Source: an uncultured Acidobacteriota bacterium (GTDB lineage: Bacteria > Acidobacteriota > Thermoanaerobaculia > Multivoradales > SZUA-115). Taken from it: a stretch of 64,000 nucleotides of DNA. Location: the NCBI GenBank assembly GCA_963805975.1, contig CAWDVR010000004.1, positions 160,001 through 224,000 of the forward strand. The letters run 5' to 3'. The notes beneath the pieces were generated by a model. The model was not told where the DNA came from. It did not search any database and saw nothing but the letters and a program-made list of their open reading frames with translations. Positions 40,996 through 50,924 of the stretch are shown piece by piece (the stretch's first letter is position 1; each line of letters begins with the position of its first letter). A program made the position numbers and the translations under genes.

Positions 40996-42047
40996 CCCGC
41001 TCGCTCCGGGGCCACCGCCGGGCCGGGCAGCACCCGGTTCTCGAGGCGGCCGGTGCTGTTGATGCCGGGCACGAAGCCCGTGGGTCCGGGGCGGACCCCG
41101 CCGGCGGAGCCGGGCGGATTGACCAGCGAGGGCTTTTGCGAGGCCGGGGTGCGACCGGTGGCGCTGCCGCCCTGGCCGGAGCGCGGCCAGGACCAGCTCG
41201 TGTTGCCGCCGCCGCGGGTCCCGGCGACCGTTGCCGCACGGTTGCCTCCGCGGCTCGAACCGGGCAGCGGCGTCACCTGGCCGGTGGGGCGACCGCCGAG
41301 CTGGTCCTCGGACAAGACCTTGGAGGAGGCGACCGGGTTGGAGACCGGTCTGGCGCTGCCGCCGCGGCTGGCCGGCGAAGCAGAGCGGCTCTCGCCCGCT
41401 CGCGCCGGCGTGACCGCCGTGCCCGAAGCGACACGCTCGGACGCGGGGGCCGACGGGATCGGCGGCACCAGCAGGGAGGTGATGTGCTCCGGGTCCTCGT
41501 AGGTGTTGGGCGCCTGCGGCAGCGCCGCCATGTCGCGGTAGGAGCGCAGGAGAGCCGCGGTCAGGAGCTCGTTGTCGATCACCTGCGGGTTGATCTTGGG
41601 AAAGGCGAGGTCCGGGTTCAGCGAGAAAGCCTTGGCGTAGGCGGTGAGCGCCGCCGCCTCGTTGCCCTTGGCCTCGAGCAGGGCGCCAATCTGATAGTGC
41701 GCCCAGGCGAACGCCGGCTCGGTCTTCACCACCTGCCGAAACTCGTCCAGGGCCTTCTCGGCCTTGCCCTGCTGCTGCAGGAGCAGACCCAAGTTGTAGC
41801 GCGGCGGCACCTTGTGCGGGGCGATGGTGAGCGCCTGGCGGTAGGCGTCTTCGGCCTCGGCGAGCCGTCCGGCCATGCGCAAGAGGTTGCCGAGGTCGTT
41901 GAGCACCGCGTCATCGCCGGGCGTCTGCTGCGCCAGCGCCTTCTGCGCCTCCACCGCCTTCGAGAGGTTGGGCGGCGGGGCGCTGGCGGCCACGGCGGCG
42001 GCGACGGCGAGGGTCGGGAGGAGAAGCCAGAGCTTGGATTTGTGCAC
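40992..42047 (-). CDS. Secreted TPR-repeat protein with a long disordered G/P/S/R-rich C-terminal tail
   Basis: RBS AAGGAG before GTG 42047; signal peptide; LNDLGNLL..GR..EA..AYRQAL and YNLG TPR repeats. Confidence 0.8.
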   Translation of the reverse strand: MHKSKLWLLLPTLAVAAAVAASAPPPNLSKAVEAQKALAQQTPGDDAVLNDLGNLLRMAGRLAEAEDAYRQALTIAPHKVPPRYNLGLLLQQQGKAEKALDEFRQVVKTEPAFAWAHYQIGALLEAKGNEAAALTAYAKAFSLNPDLAFPKINPQVIDNELLTAALLRSYRDMAALPQAPNTYEDPEHITSLLVPPIPSAPASERVASGTAVTPARAGESRSASPASRGGSARPVSNPVASSKVLSEDQLGGRPTGQVTPLPGSSRGGNRAATVAGTRGGGNTSWSWPRSGQGGSATGRTPASQKPSLVNPPGSAGGVRPGPTGFVPGINSTGRLENRVLPGPAVAPERAG

Positions 42048-42088
42048 AGAGACTCCTTGACGGCTGCTTGAAGGGCTGGGGTGAGCGG

Positions 42089-42700
42089 CTACACCGCCTT
42101 GATGGGTTTCGCCTTGAGCCGGGTCTGGCCGTCTTCTTCCACCAGCCGGAATCGCACTTCCTCGCAGCCGGTCTTGGCCCGGATGGCGGCGAGCTGTTGC
42201 GTCAGATAGGACCGAAAACTGTCGAGATCGAAGCGCGCGCCGTCGCCCCGCGCCAGGCCGGCGAACAGGGCTTCCACGGCGTCGCCGGGGAGCGAGGGGT
42301 CGAGCACCACGCCTTCGGCGAGGTCGAAGCGCGGGCCGGCGGCCGGTACGGCGAGCGCTGTGCGGCCCTCTTCCCGGCCGCGCAGCCGGCGGTTCTGGAG
42401 CTCGCTGTAGGTGTTGAACCGGGCCTCGAGCTGCTGCAGGCGGAAGCGGTCGGCAAGGTTGTGGATGGGCCGGTCGCGCAGCCGGCGAAGCGCCGTCTGC
42501 AGCCGGTCCTTGAGATCGACCGGGGGCACCGGCAGGGCACCGTTGAAGAAGCGCTCGAACTCCACGCGCAGCTCCTGGATGCCGTGCTCGAGCTTGTTGA
42601 GCGCGTCCCGCACCGCCCACTCACTCCCCTGGGCAGCTCCCGAGGCGGTGAATGCTGGGGTCGGCGTGAGGCTCCGCGGCTTAGAATTCATTGTGGCCAT
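42089..42700 (-). CDS. MXAN_5187 C-terminal-domain-like protein
   Basis: L.VEFERFF.G..P.PP, RFR.QQL.ARF.TY.EL..R.LR.REEG, V.F......G..RLKAKP resemble this family; TATAAT upstream on the minus strand. Confidence 0.65.
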   Translation of the reverse strand: MATMNSKPRSLTPTPAFTASGAAQGSEWAVRDALNKLEHGIQELRVEFERFFNGALPVPPVDLKDRLQTALRRLRDRPIHNLADRFRLQQLEARFNTYSELQNRRLRGREEGRTALAVPAAGPRFDLAEGVVLDPSLPGDAVEALFAGLARGDGARFDLDSFRSYLTQQLAAIRAKTGCEEVRFRLVEEDGQTRLKAKPIKAV

Positions 42701-42814
42701 GAGACTTCGAGCTCGAAGGTCGGTTCGGTCGGCGACGGCGGCGCCCGCGGAGGACGACCGCGCACCACGATTATACGGGCCGGCTCCGCGCAGCATCCAG
42801 GGAGGGCGGAAAGG

Positions 42815-44149
42815 GTGGTGAAAGCGGGCGGACGGCTGCTGCTGGTCGAGGATCGCGAGTCTCTCGCCAGGATGCTCGAGCGCGCGCTCGTGGGCGAGGG
42901 CTACGAAGTGGCCGTGGAGCGCGACGGCGCCCTGGGCATCGCCCGCCTGCGGCGCGACCCGTTCCACCTCGTGCTCACCGATCTCAAGCTGCCGGGAGCT
43001 TCCGGCCTCGAGGTGGTGGCCGCCTGCCGGTCGCTCGCTCCCCCCGTGCCGGTGGTGGTGATGACCGCCTACGGCACCGTGGAAGCCGCCGTCGAGGCGA
43101 TGAAACGTGGCGCCCTCGACTTCCTGGAGAAGCCGGTCGAGATCGACGACCTCTTTCGGCTGGTGGCGGCGGCGGTGGGACGGTCGTCGGTGGAACCGAA
43201 GGCCGGGGCGGGCGAGCGGAAGGCACCGGGTGCGCCGCTCCTCGTCGGCTCGCATCCCCGGTTCCGGGCCGCCCTCCATCTCTTGGAGCGGGTGGCGCCG
43301 TCCGCGGCCACGGTGCTCCTCACCGGCGAGAGCGGCACCGGCAAAGAGCTCTTTGCCCGCACCCTCCATCACCTCTCCCCCCGACGCCACGGGCCGTTCG
43401 TCGCCATCAACTGCGCGGCGATCCCGGAACCGCTCCTCGAGAACGAGCTCTTCGGTCACGAGAAGGGAGCCTTCACCGGCGCCGGCGAGCGCCAGGCCGG
43501 CCGCTTCGAGCAGGCACGGGGCGGCACTCTGCTACTCGACGAGATCGGCGAGCTGGCGCCCTCCGTCCAGGCCAAGGTGCTGCGGGTGCTCGAGGAGCGG
43601 ACCTTCGAGCGCGTGGGCGGCGGTGCGACGATCGCCGCGGACGTGCGCCTGGTGGCGGCGACCAACCGCGATCTCGGGGCCATGGTGGCGGCGGAGAGGT
43701 TCCGCCAGGATCTCTTCTTTCGTCTCGACGTCTTCCCCATCGCGCTGCCGCCGCTGCGCGAGCGCCGGAGCGACGTCGAGGCCCTGGCTCAGCATCTCCT
43801 GGGCTCGATCGCCAGGCGGCTGGGGCGGGAGGCGCCGGCGCTCGCCGCGGACGCCGTGGAGGCGCTGGTCGCCGAGGATTGGCCGGGCAACGTGCGCCAG
43901 CTCGGCAACGTGCTCGAGCGGGCTCTGATCCTCGGCAGCGGCCCCTGGCTCCGAGCGGTGGACCTGGCGCCGCTCCTGGCACCCGCCGTGGCCGGGGGCG
44001 GCGAGCGGGAGCGTCTCAAGAAGGCGCTGGTCGAGGCCGCGGGTGACAAGCACCGGGCCGCGGAGACGCTGGGCGTCAGCTACCGCACTCTGCTCCGCAA
44101 GGTGAAGGAGCACGACCTCGAAGGCGTGCCCCGCTATCGGTCCGGATAG
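42815..44149 (+). CDS. Sigma54-dependent response regulator (REC-AAA+-Fis HTH), PilR/NtrC family
   Basis: LLVED, LTDLKLPG; GESGTGKE, ELFGHEKGAFTGA, LDEIGE, WPGNVRQL; LGVSYRTL HTH. Confidence 0.93.
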   Translation: MVKAGGRLLLVEDRESLARMLERALVGEGYEVAVERDGALGIARLRRDPFHLVLTDLKLPGASGLEVVAACRSLAPPVPVVVMTAYGTVEAAVEAMKRGALDFLEKPVEIDDLFRLVAAAVGRSSVEPKAGAGERKAPGAPLLVGSHPRFRAALHLLERVAPSAATVLLTGESGTGKELFARTLHHLSPRRHGPFVAINCAAIPEPLLENELFGHEKGAFTGAGERQAGRFEQARGGTLLLDEIGELAPSVQAKVLRVLEERTFERVGGGATIAADVRLVAATNRDLGAMVAAERFRQDLFFRLDVFPIALPPLRERRSDVEALAQHLLGSIARRLGREAPALAADAVEALVAEDWPGNVRQLGNVLERALILGSGPWLRAVDLAPLLAPAVAGGGERERLKKALVEAAGDKHRAAETLGVSYRTLLRKVKEHDLEGVPRYRSG

Positions 44150-44157
44150 GCGGCCGC

Positions 44158-44934
44158 TCAGCGGGTTTCGGCGTCCGCCGGTGGCGACTCGACGACCCCG
44201 ACCGGCCGCACTCGCAGGCCGCCCCCCACCTCGAAGGCGGCGGTCGAGAAGGTCACCACGCCGGTGAAGACGGCGCGGAAGTTCACCGCGGCCCCGGCGG
44301 CGAGCGTGGTGGGCGCCAGCGACGCCGCCTTCTCGGCGATCAGCGAGCCGTCCCCGGAGAGCAGCCGCACCGTCACCGAGAGGCCGGTGACCAGGTCCTG
44401 CGACTTGTTGGTCACCGTGCCCAGGATCTGGACGTTGAGGTTCTCGGGGTCGTCGACCTGCCGCCAGTCGGTGACCTCGACCCCGGGCGGCGTGGTGGCC
44501 GGCCTTGCCGGATCGACCGATTCATCGGCAGGTGCCTGTCCTTCCGCCTCCGGGGTCAGCGGATCGCCCTCGGGCGTGACATGGCCCACGTCGGCGTCGG
44601 TCAGCACCAGGACCGGCTTCTTGGGCGGCGGGGGTGGGGGTGGCGGCGGCGCGGGCCTGACTGCTTCCGCCGTGGCCTCGCGGCTGGCGTCGAGGTCGAC
44701 CGCGGAGAGCCGGATGGAGGAGAGGCTGCCGTTCGGGCGCTTGAACACCACCAGCTTGCCCTGGGCCTTCCAGGGCCCGTCGGTCTCCACTCTCTGGCCG
44801 TCGGTGGTGACCAGCCAGTCCGCACCGGCGGGAGTGGCGAGCCAAGGGGAGAGCAGGACGAGCGCCGACAGGGCCGCCGCCGAGCGCCAGGACCACCGCG
44901 ACTTCGTTTCGTGCCTCGCTTCGCTCGTCCTCAT
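44158..44934 (-). CDS. Secreted protein with a C-terminal Ig-like (FxLYD-like) domain, last gene of the minor-pilin operon
   Basis: Signal peptide ending A-G-A; Pro-rich linker; I.GTVTN.S.....V.V.L...DG..I motif. Confidence 0.7.
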   Translation of the reverse strand: MRTSEARHETKSRWSWRSAAALSALVLLSPWLATPAGADWLVTTDGQRVETDGPWKAQGKLVVFKRPNGSLSSIRLSAVDLDASREATAEAVRPAPPPPPPPPPKKPVLVLTDADVGHVTPEGDPLTPEAEGQAPADESVDPARPATTPPGVEVTDWRQVDDPENLNVQILGTVTNKSQDLVTGLSVTVRLLSGDGSLIAEKAASLAPTTLAAGAAVNFRAVFTGVVTFSTAAFEVGGGLRVRPVGVVESPPADAETR

Positions 44935-44943
44935 CAGGGCCTC

Positions 44944-47900
44944 CTAGAACTCCTTCCAGTTCTTCTCGACGATGCCGATCGGGATCGGGATCGGCCGCAC
45001 CTCGCCGGTATCGGCACGGCGGAACATGACCTCGACCGTATAGTTGGCGAATCTGGTACGGGGGGGGAAGAGCTCCTTGAGGGTCGCGAGCACGGCCTTG
45101 CGCCACTCCAGCTCCTCCTCGTCGTACTCCACGCCGCCCTGCGAGTTGCCGGAGGCCCCCTGGTCCACATAGGGAGGCGTGACGAGCGTCTCTCCGACAT
45201 TCATGTAGCGCAGCGTATCGCCGTCCTGCTCGGGCTGGATGGCGTCGCCGTTGGTGCTCAGGACCAGGAACACGCGGCTGTCCCCGGTGCGGGCGCAGAC
45301 CGCGTTCTCGTCGGTGACGATCTGGGGCTTGAAGGTGGGGAAGATGGTCACCCCGGAGACCGAGAAGACCTGTGCGACCACCCGCTCGTTGGCATCGAGA
45401 GTGATGATGAATCCCTTCCCCTTGTTCGGCGGCGGGCGCAGCAAGAAGTTCTCGCCGTCGTTGCCCGCGCCCTCGGAGTCGACGAGCCGGTAGCCGGTCT
45501 CGAGCTTGGGCAGCGTGCCGGCGAGCGCCTGCGCGCGGGTGAAGCCCTCGTCGGCCACCACGTACAGGCGTCCCTCGGCGCCGGTCAGGTTCCACATCTC
45601 CTCGCGGTTGCCGCTGCCGAAGACCAGGGCGAACTGACCGGTCTCGGCGACCAAAAGGACGGTCGGGGCGAAGAAGATCGGCAGGCGCTGGCCGCCGCTC
45701 AGGGTGTCGAAGATCTTGAACGGTGCCCAGGCGTCGCCCGTCACCCGTTCGACCTCGTGCTCGACGCCGTTCAGATCCTGGACCTCGACCTCCTCGATCT
45801 CCTGCGGCACGGTGAGGTCCACTTTGTACATGTAGCCGGCGGTGGTGCCGACGTAGAGAGTGTCGAGGAAGCCGTCACTGTTGAAGTCGATCGCCGCCGG
45901 CGACGACGGGACCGCGCCTTCCATGGCCCGCTTGTAGATCGCCTTGCCGGTTTCGATGTCGATCATGTAGAGCCAAGTGCCGCTCTTGGGTGCCAGGCGG
46001 TTCTCGGGATCGAAGCCGCCGCCCAGGACCGCCACCCAGCGCTCCGTGGTGCCGCCGGAGCCGTCGGCAAGCCGCACGCGGCCGATGATCGGCTGCGACC
46101 AGGTTCGACCGAGGTCGGGCATGCCGTTGTCGTCCTCGTCGAAGGAGACCCCCCACTCGGCCGGCGAGCCGTCGACCGAGTCGGTGAACTCCCAGAGCTC
46201 GGCCCCGAAGGGGATCGGCCCGCAGGCCGAGGCGTTGTAGTTCGAGAGACAGGTGGGGACCACGTCCCGGTTGCTCGGCTTGTTGTCGCTGCCCAGCCGG
46301 TCGGGTTGGGTGACGTCGAGGGCGTAGTAGCCGCTCACGAACGGCTTGCTGTTGTCGAGGTCCACCTCGCCGCCGCCGTCGATGCTGCCACCCTCGCGCA
46401 AGCCGCCGATGGCGATCGTGCGCCAGCGGCGGTCGGCGGGATCGACCGGATCGCCGCTGCTGTGGGCCGGATCGATGAACACGTTGATCATCCGCGGCGA
46501 ACCGTCCACCGAGAAGATCTGGCGATCGCCGGTGGCGACCTCCTTGAGGATCGGCAGCACCATGCGCGGGATGAAGGAGAAGAGCTCCTTGCCGGTGCCG
46601 TTGTCGAACTTCTTGGCCGAATCGTCCCAGATACCGGCGTCGAAGAAGTGCAGCATGCCGTCGTTGGCGCCCACCGCCAGCATCTTGCGCCGGAACTCGT
46701 GCTTCCTCGCGAAGCAGCGGTAGCCGGGGCTGGCGGCAGTGCAGCTCTGGCCGTTGGCGTCGGAGTCGTCGTGGTAGCGGTTGCTGGCGAACTCGGCGAA
46801 GTCGTCCGGCCGGTCGACGAGCGTGGGGTTGGCGTGGAAGATGTCGCCGAGGACGTAGGTGATGTCGGTGGCCTCGCCGTCGATGGTGATGCTACCCGTC
46901 TTCTCGACCAGGGTCTCTCCGATGACCTTGTTGGCCAGGACGTCGGGCGGGCTGCCGGGAAGCGCCAGATCGACCAGCGTGTAGCTCAACCCCATGCCGT
47001 CCCACAGATCCTGTCGCGCCGTGGCCGTGGTCGGGAACTCGAACAGAGAGCGATCGTTGGGCACCGCATCCGTACCCAGATTCTTGGCCTTGGGATAGAA
47101 GACCCGGCGCTGGTCGGCGGCGTTGCCGAGGCGTAGATTGCCGCTGGATACCTCGGTTTCGCTCGGTGCCTGGGTGAGGAGCACCTCGCCCGCGTCCCAG
47201 AGGTGGCAGCCGCCCTCGACGTCGGGGCCGCAGTCGGGGTCCTTGTCCGGCTTGCCGTCCTGGTCCGCGTCCGGGATGGGCTTCAGGAAGGCGTCGACGT
47301 GGCCGTCCCAGGTGCTCTTGTTGTTGAGCGGGGTGAAGCTCGAGAGGAAGATCTTTTCCTCCACCTCGGCCTGGATCGACGGCACCGCGGCGGCGGCGAA
47401 GGCCGCGGCCTGGCCCCGCAGGTTGTCGACGATGGCACGCAGCGCGGCGACCAGCTGGTCCTTGTTCTGCGGCAGGATCGGTGCCGGCGGCTCGCGGTCG
47501 CCGTCGCCGTCGGCGTCCGGCAGCGGAGCGGTCGCCATGCAGCGCAGCTTGTTGTTGGGGTTGAGGTTCTCGTTGTTGAGGCCGAAGCCGACCACGTAGG
47601 TCAGCACGTTGTCCTGGGTCTCGAGCTGCGAGGCGATGGTGCAAGGGTTGTTGCTGCCGCAGCCGGCGGTGTCGTCACCGTCGGTCAGCACCAGGATGTA
47701 CTTCTGCCGGCACGCCCAGTTCGGGTCGTTGGCGCCCCCGAGGGCCTTGAAGGCGCTGTACCAGGTGCGGAAGTTGGCCATCGAGTTGCCGAGCGGTGTC
47801 GAGCCGAAGGCGACGAACGGCCGCGCCGCCGCGTTGCGCAGGCGCACGGCGCCGAGCAACGGAGAGTCCTGGAAGTAGCGGGCGGTGCGGAAGTCCGGGA

Positions 47901-49011
47901 TGGCCTCGCCCAGCAGCCGGTTGGGTGCCAGCCGGCCGAGGATCTCGTCCTTGTGGTCGTCGTTCCAGTCGAGGGGTATGACGTCCCCGCTGTTCAGGGT
48001 CGGCCGAAAGGCGGACACCGGGTGGTTCACGGTGGGGAAGCGGATGTTGTACCCGGTGGTGGAGTCCGCGTCCGCCGAGGTATCGGTGTTGGGGTCCCAG
48101 CCCGAGCAGGTGTTGTCGGTCACCGAGTCGGAGGCGGCCGCCTGGCTGAAATATCCGAGCTGGGGATTGTCGATCTTGGCCGCCTGGTCCCACATGTTGA
48201 AGTCACTGACCAGGTTGTACTGCAGATCCTTGTCCTGGACCAGCGTGCGGTTGCTGCAGGCGGTGTTGTTGCAGCGCTCCAGCCGCAAGGTCACCGAGTA
48301 GCTCGCGGAGCCCAGGACTTGGAGGGGCTTGTTGCGAAACTGCAGACGGTAGGTGGTGGTGTTCGCCGGGTTGCGCAGGTAGATGAGCTGGGTGCCGGCG
48401 GAGGCCGTGCTCCCCGTCTGGTCGAGCTGGGCGCAGCGATGGGTGCGCTCGATGGCCCAGGCGTCGGAGAAGAACGCGGGGTCGCCGGCATCGTGGCCCA
48501 CGGTGTCGCCGCTGGTGCAGGAGAAGGGGCGGCCGAAGACTTGCGTCGAACCGGCCTCCGGGTAGACGGCCGCGCTGCTGGGGATGGTGATGCCGGTCTG
48601 GCCGGCGGCCAGCTTGTACAGCCAGTGCTTGCCGATCATCTTCAGGTGGTCCTGGTTGTAGGTGGCAAGCCCCAGGCTCACGCCGTCGGCGTCCTTCAGC
48701 ACTTCGTAGAGCGCATCCTTGGCCTGGTGGAACTTCGAGCCCGGATCGTCGCCGTTGAGCGGCACGTAGCAGTCGCCGTTGGGGCAGAGAGGAGAGCACT
48801 CCCCGGCGTCGAACTGCGCCTGGGAGCACGGCGGCGACCAGTGCATGGAGCCCGAGGTGTCGAGGAGGATGAACAGGTACGGATCCTCGGAGGACTCGCG
48901 CAGCAGGTCGCGGTCGTCGGCTTGCGCGGTGGTCGAGAGCAGCAGGACGGCGGCGAGCGCAGTCCCGGCGGCCCGGAGGACGGCAGAGTGCTTGGGGTGG
49001 CTATAGGTCAT
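44944..49011 (-). CDS. pilY1: PilY1/PilC-type pilus tip adhesin (vWA domain plus beta-propeller)
   Basis: LLDTSGSM MIDAS, GSTPL, VLTDG, VGFG; LGDIFH, VGANDGMLHFF, G.ELFSFIP, VDGSP, G.REGG, YYALDVT, LGRTWSQP propeller motifs. Confidence 0.9.
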   Translation of the reverse strand: MTYSHPKHSAVLRAAGTALAAVLLLSTTAQADDRDLLRESSEDPYLFILLDTSGSMHWSPPCSQAQFDAGECSPLCPNGDCYVPLNGDDPGSKFHQAKDALYEVLKDADGVSLGLATYNQDHLKMIGKHWLYKLAAGQTGITIPSSAAVYPEAGSTQVFGRPFSCTSGDTVGHDAGDPAFFSDAWAIERTHRCAQLDQTGSTASAGTQLIYLRNPANTTTYRLQFRNKPLQVLGSASYSVTLRLERCNNTACSNRTLVQDKDLQYNLVSDFNMWDQAAKIDNPQLGYFSQAAASDSVTDNTCSGWDPNTDTSADADSTTGYNIRFPTVNHPVSAFRPTLNSGDVIPLDWNDDHKDEILGRLAPNRLLGEAIPDFRTARYFQDSPLLGAVRLRNAAARPFVAFGSTPLGNSMANFRTWYSAFKALGGANDPNWACRQKYILVLTDGDDTAGCGSNNPCTIASQLETQDNVLTYVVGFGLNNENLNPNNKLRCMATAPLPDADGDGDREPPAPILPQNKDQLVAALRAIVDNLRGQAAAFAAAAVPSIQAEVEEKIFLSSFTPLNNKSTWDGHVDAFLKPIPDADQDGKPDKDPDCGPDVEGGCHLWDAGEVLLTQAPSETEVSSGNLRLGNAADQRRVFYPKAKNLGTDAVPNDRSLFEFPTTATARQDLWDGMGLSYTLVDLALPGSPPDVLANKVIGETLVEKTGSITIDGEATDITYVLGDIFHANPTLVDRPDDFAEFASNRYHDDSDANGQSCTAASPGYRCFARKHEFRRKMLAVGANDGMLHFFDAGIWDDSAKKFDNGTGKELFSFIPRMVLPILKEVATGDRQIFSVDGSPRMINVFIDPAHSSGDPVDPADRRWRTIAIGGLREGGSIDGGGEVDLDNSKPFVSGYYALDVTQPDRLGSDNKPSNRDVVPTCLSNYNASACGPIPFGAELWEFTDSVDGSPAEWGVSFDEDDNGMPDLGRTWSQPIIGRVRLADGSGGTTERWVAVLGGGFDPENRLAPKSGTWLYMIDIETGKAIYKRAMEGAVPSSPAAIDFNSDGFLDTLYVGTTAGYMYKVDLTVPQEIEEVEVQDLNGVEHEVERVTGDAWAPFKIFDTLSGGQRLPIFFAPTVLLVAETGQFALVFGSGNREEMWNLTGAEGRLYVVADEGFTRAQALAGTLPKLETGYRLVDSEGAGNDGENFLLRPPPNKGKGFIITLDANERVVAQVFSVSGVTIFPTFKPQIVTDENAVCARTGDSRVFLVLSTNGDAIQPEQDGDTLRYMNVGETLVTPPYVDQGASGNSQGGVEYDEEELEWRKAVLATLKELFPPRTRFANYTVEVMFRRADTGEVRPIPIPIGIVEKNWKEF

Positions 49012-49039
49012 GATTTCTCCTCCGCGGCGGCCGGAGCGG

Positions 49040-49642
49040 TCAGAACTTCACCTGCTGCTCTTCTTCGTCGGTGAGATCGATCGTCTCGCTCTGGCGTTCG
49101 AAGGGCTGCATCTCGAACATCACAGTCAGGGTCTTCTGGGCTTGGGTCTGGGCGTCGTCCGCGGGCGTGGCTTCGTCCCCGGCCCAGGTGAGCTCGGTCG
49201 CCGTCGAGGTGACGGCGTGGTTGACGCGGAAGTACTTCGGGCCGTGCCTGCCGTCCTCGCCCTCGTTGGCCGGGCAGTAGTTGCAAACGCTGGAACCGAT
49301 CGGCACCATGGGCGAGACTGCGATCTGGAAGCCGCGCGACGTGGGGGCGGAGCTCCCGTACGGAGTCTGCGTGCCCGAGAACAGGCGGATCGCCTGCCCC
49401 GCATAATCGCGCCGCGCCAGTACCTGCGCGAGCGCAATCTGGAGACCCGAGTTCGAGGCGTAGAAGGTGCGGGTGACGGCGCGCTCCGCAGTGCCGATCT
49501 CCATCTCGAGATTGGTGATGGTGGCGAGCGAGAGACCCATGATGGTCAGGACCAGGAGCACCAGCAGCACCGCCAGGTAGGCGCTCCCGCCCTCGCTCCG
49601 GATCCTCGATGCACGGCTTGTCGTCATGTCCTTGCTCCGCAT
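49040..49642 (-). CDS. pilX: PilX-like minor pilin
   Basis: GSAYLAVLLVLLVLTIMG (no Glu5), E..I......TFYA..SG. Confidence 0.82.
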   Translation of the reverse strand: MRSKDMTTSRASRIRSEGGSAYLAVLLVLLVLTIMGLSLATITNLEMEIGTAERAVTRTFYASNSGLQIALAQVLARRDYAGQAIRLFSGTQTPYGSSAPTSRGFQIAVSPMVPIGSSVCNYCPANEGEDGRHGPKYFRVNHAVTSTATELTWAGDEATPADDAQTQAQKTLTVMFEMQPFERQSETIDLTDEEEQQVKF

Positions 49643-49663
49643 GTTCGCGCTCCGTCCCCCGGC

Positions 49664-50908
49664 TCAGCCGGCATTGCGCAGGTCCACGGTGGTGGTCACG
49701 GTGCGCCGCCGGAACCAGTTCTCCGGCTCCTCGTTGAAAGCCGAGTCCGAATAGTCGTGGTTTTCCAATCGATCGATCGCCGGCGCCACGAAGCCGCGGT
49801 CGTTGCGCTCGCTGCGCACCAGACTGGTGGCGCGCAGGTACATGAGCCGTCCCGCCGCCCACTGCGGCTCGGCATCGTCGTCGGCGCCGACGTTGTACAG
49901 CCACTCGTCGGTCACCGGGTCGCCGCCCTCGTGCGCGAAGCCGTCGGCCACCACACCGTCGCCGTCGGCGTCGATACCCAGGGCGAGCTGGAGATCCAGC
50001 ACGTTGTCGACCATGTCGACCGCCCAGTTCGCCTCCTCGCCGTTCCACGGCGCCTGGGTGCCCGGGTAGGTGCGGGCGCGCGACAGGCTGGGGATCAGCT
50101 CGCCGTCGGCGCGCAGCTCGCGCACGAAGTAGCGGTACTCCTCGAGCAGCCCGATGTGCGCGTAGGCGTTGAGGTTGGCCGGGAACACTCCGCCCGGGGT
50201 GAGGGCCATGTACTGGTCGGTGTGCTCGCCGCCGCTGATCTTGAAAGCGATCGTGGGGTTGGTGGGGTCGTCCACGATCGAGTTTGCCGGATCCAGCTCG
50301 ACCACCGCGAAGATGTTGTCGCCGAGATTGCTGACGATCATCAGCGCCTCGGGCCGGCCCTCTTCGACGGCTTCGATGACGGCGGAGAGATCCTGGGGGA
50401 TGCCGCTGTTCGTGGGTGAGGTCAGGACGAAGCTGCCGGCGGTCGACTCCGAGGGGCTGGCGCCGTCGAAAGTGATGGCGGTGCCGACATCGATCGGTGA
50501 CTGGAAGATCGGCGCGCTGAACACCCCGCGCACGATCAGCACGTCCGTGCCGTCCAGCACCTCGGGGGTGCCGTCGTCGTCCGGGTTGATGTGGGCGTCC
50601 CCCGCGGCGTCGTCGAGGATCTCGAGCGCCTGGCCGTTGGGCAGGATGCCGAGCGGCACGCCACCGCGCCCCGCCATCTGCATGATGCGGGCGAGGTCGT
50701 GCTGGGCGACGCGCTGCCCCTGCTGCATCTCCGCGACGTCGGTCTGCACCCGCGAGATGCGCGCGTTGAGCTCGAAGAGGTTGTAGACGCCGACGATCAG
50801 CAGGATCGAGATCAGCATCGCGAACAGCACCTCGATCAGCGTGAAGCCGGCCTTACCGGTCGGGGTAGGCCGTGGAGGGGCCACGGGCGAGGGCAGTTGG
50901 GGGCTCAT
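49664..50908 (-). CDS. pilW: PilW-like minor pilin
   Basis: G|FTLIEVL prepilin motif, MQQ..R.A...L.R....AG, C-terminal V.LRN. Confidence 0.85.
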   Translation of the reverse strand: MSPQLPSPVAPPRPTPTGKAGFTLIEVLFAMLISILLIVGVYNLFELNARISRVQTDVAEMQQGQRVAQHDLARIMQMAGRGGVPLGILPNGQALEILDDAAGDAHINPDDDGTPEVLDGTDVLIVRGVFSAPIFQSPIDVGTAITFDGASPSESTAGSFVLTSPTNSGIPQDLSAVIEAVEEGRPEALMIVSNLGDNIFAVVELDPANSIVDDPTNPTIAFKISGGEHTDQYMALTPGGVFPANLNAYAHIGLLEEYRYFVRELRADGELIPSLSRARTYPGTQAPWNGEEANWAVDMVDNVLDLQLALGIDADGDGVVADGFAHEGGDPVTDEWLYNVGADDDAEPQWAAGRLMYLRATSLVRSERNDRGFVAPAIDRLENHDYSDSAFNEEPENWFRRRTVTTTVDLRNAG

Positions 50909-50924
50909 CAGGCGTCTCCCAGAG

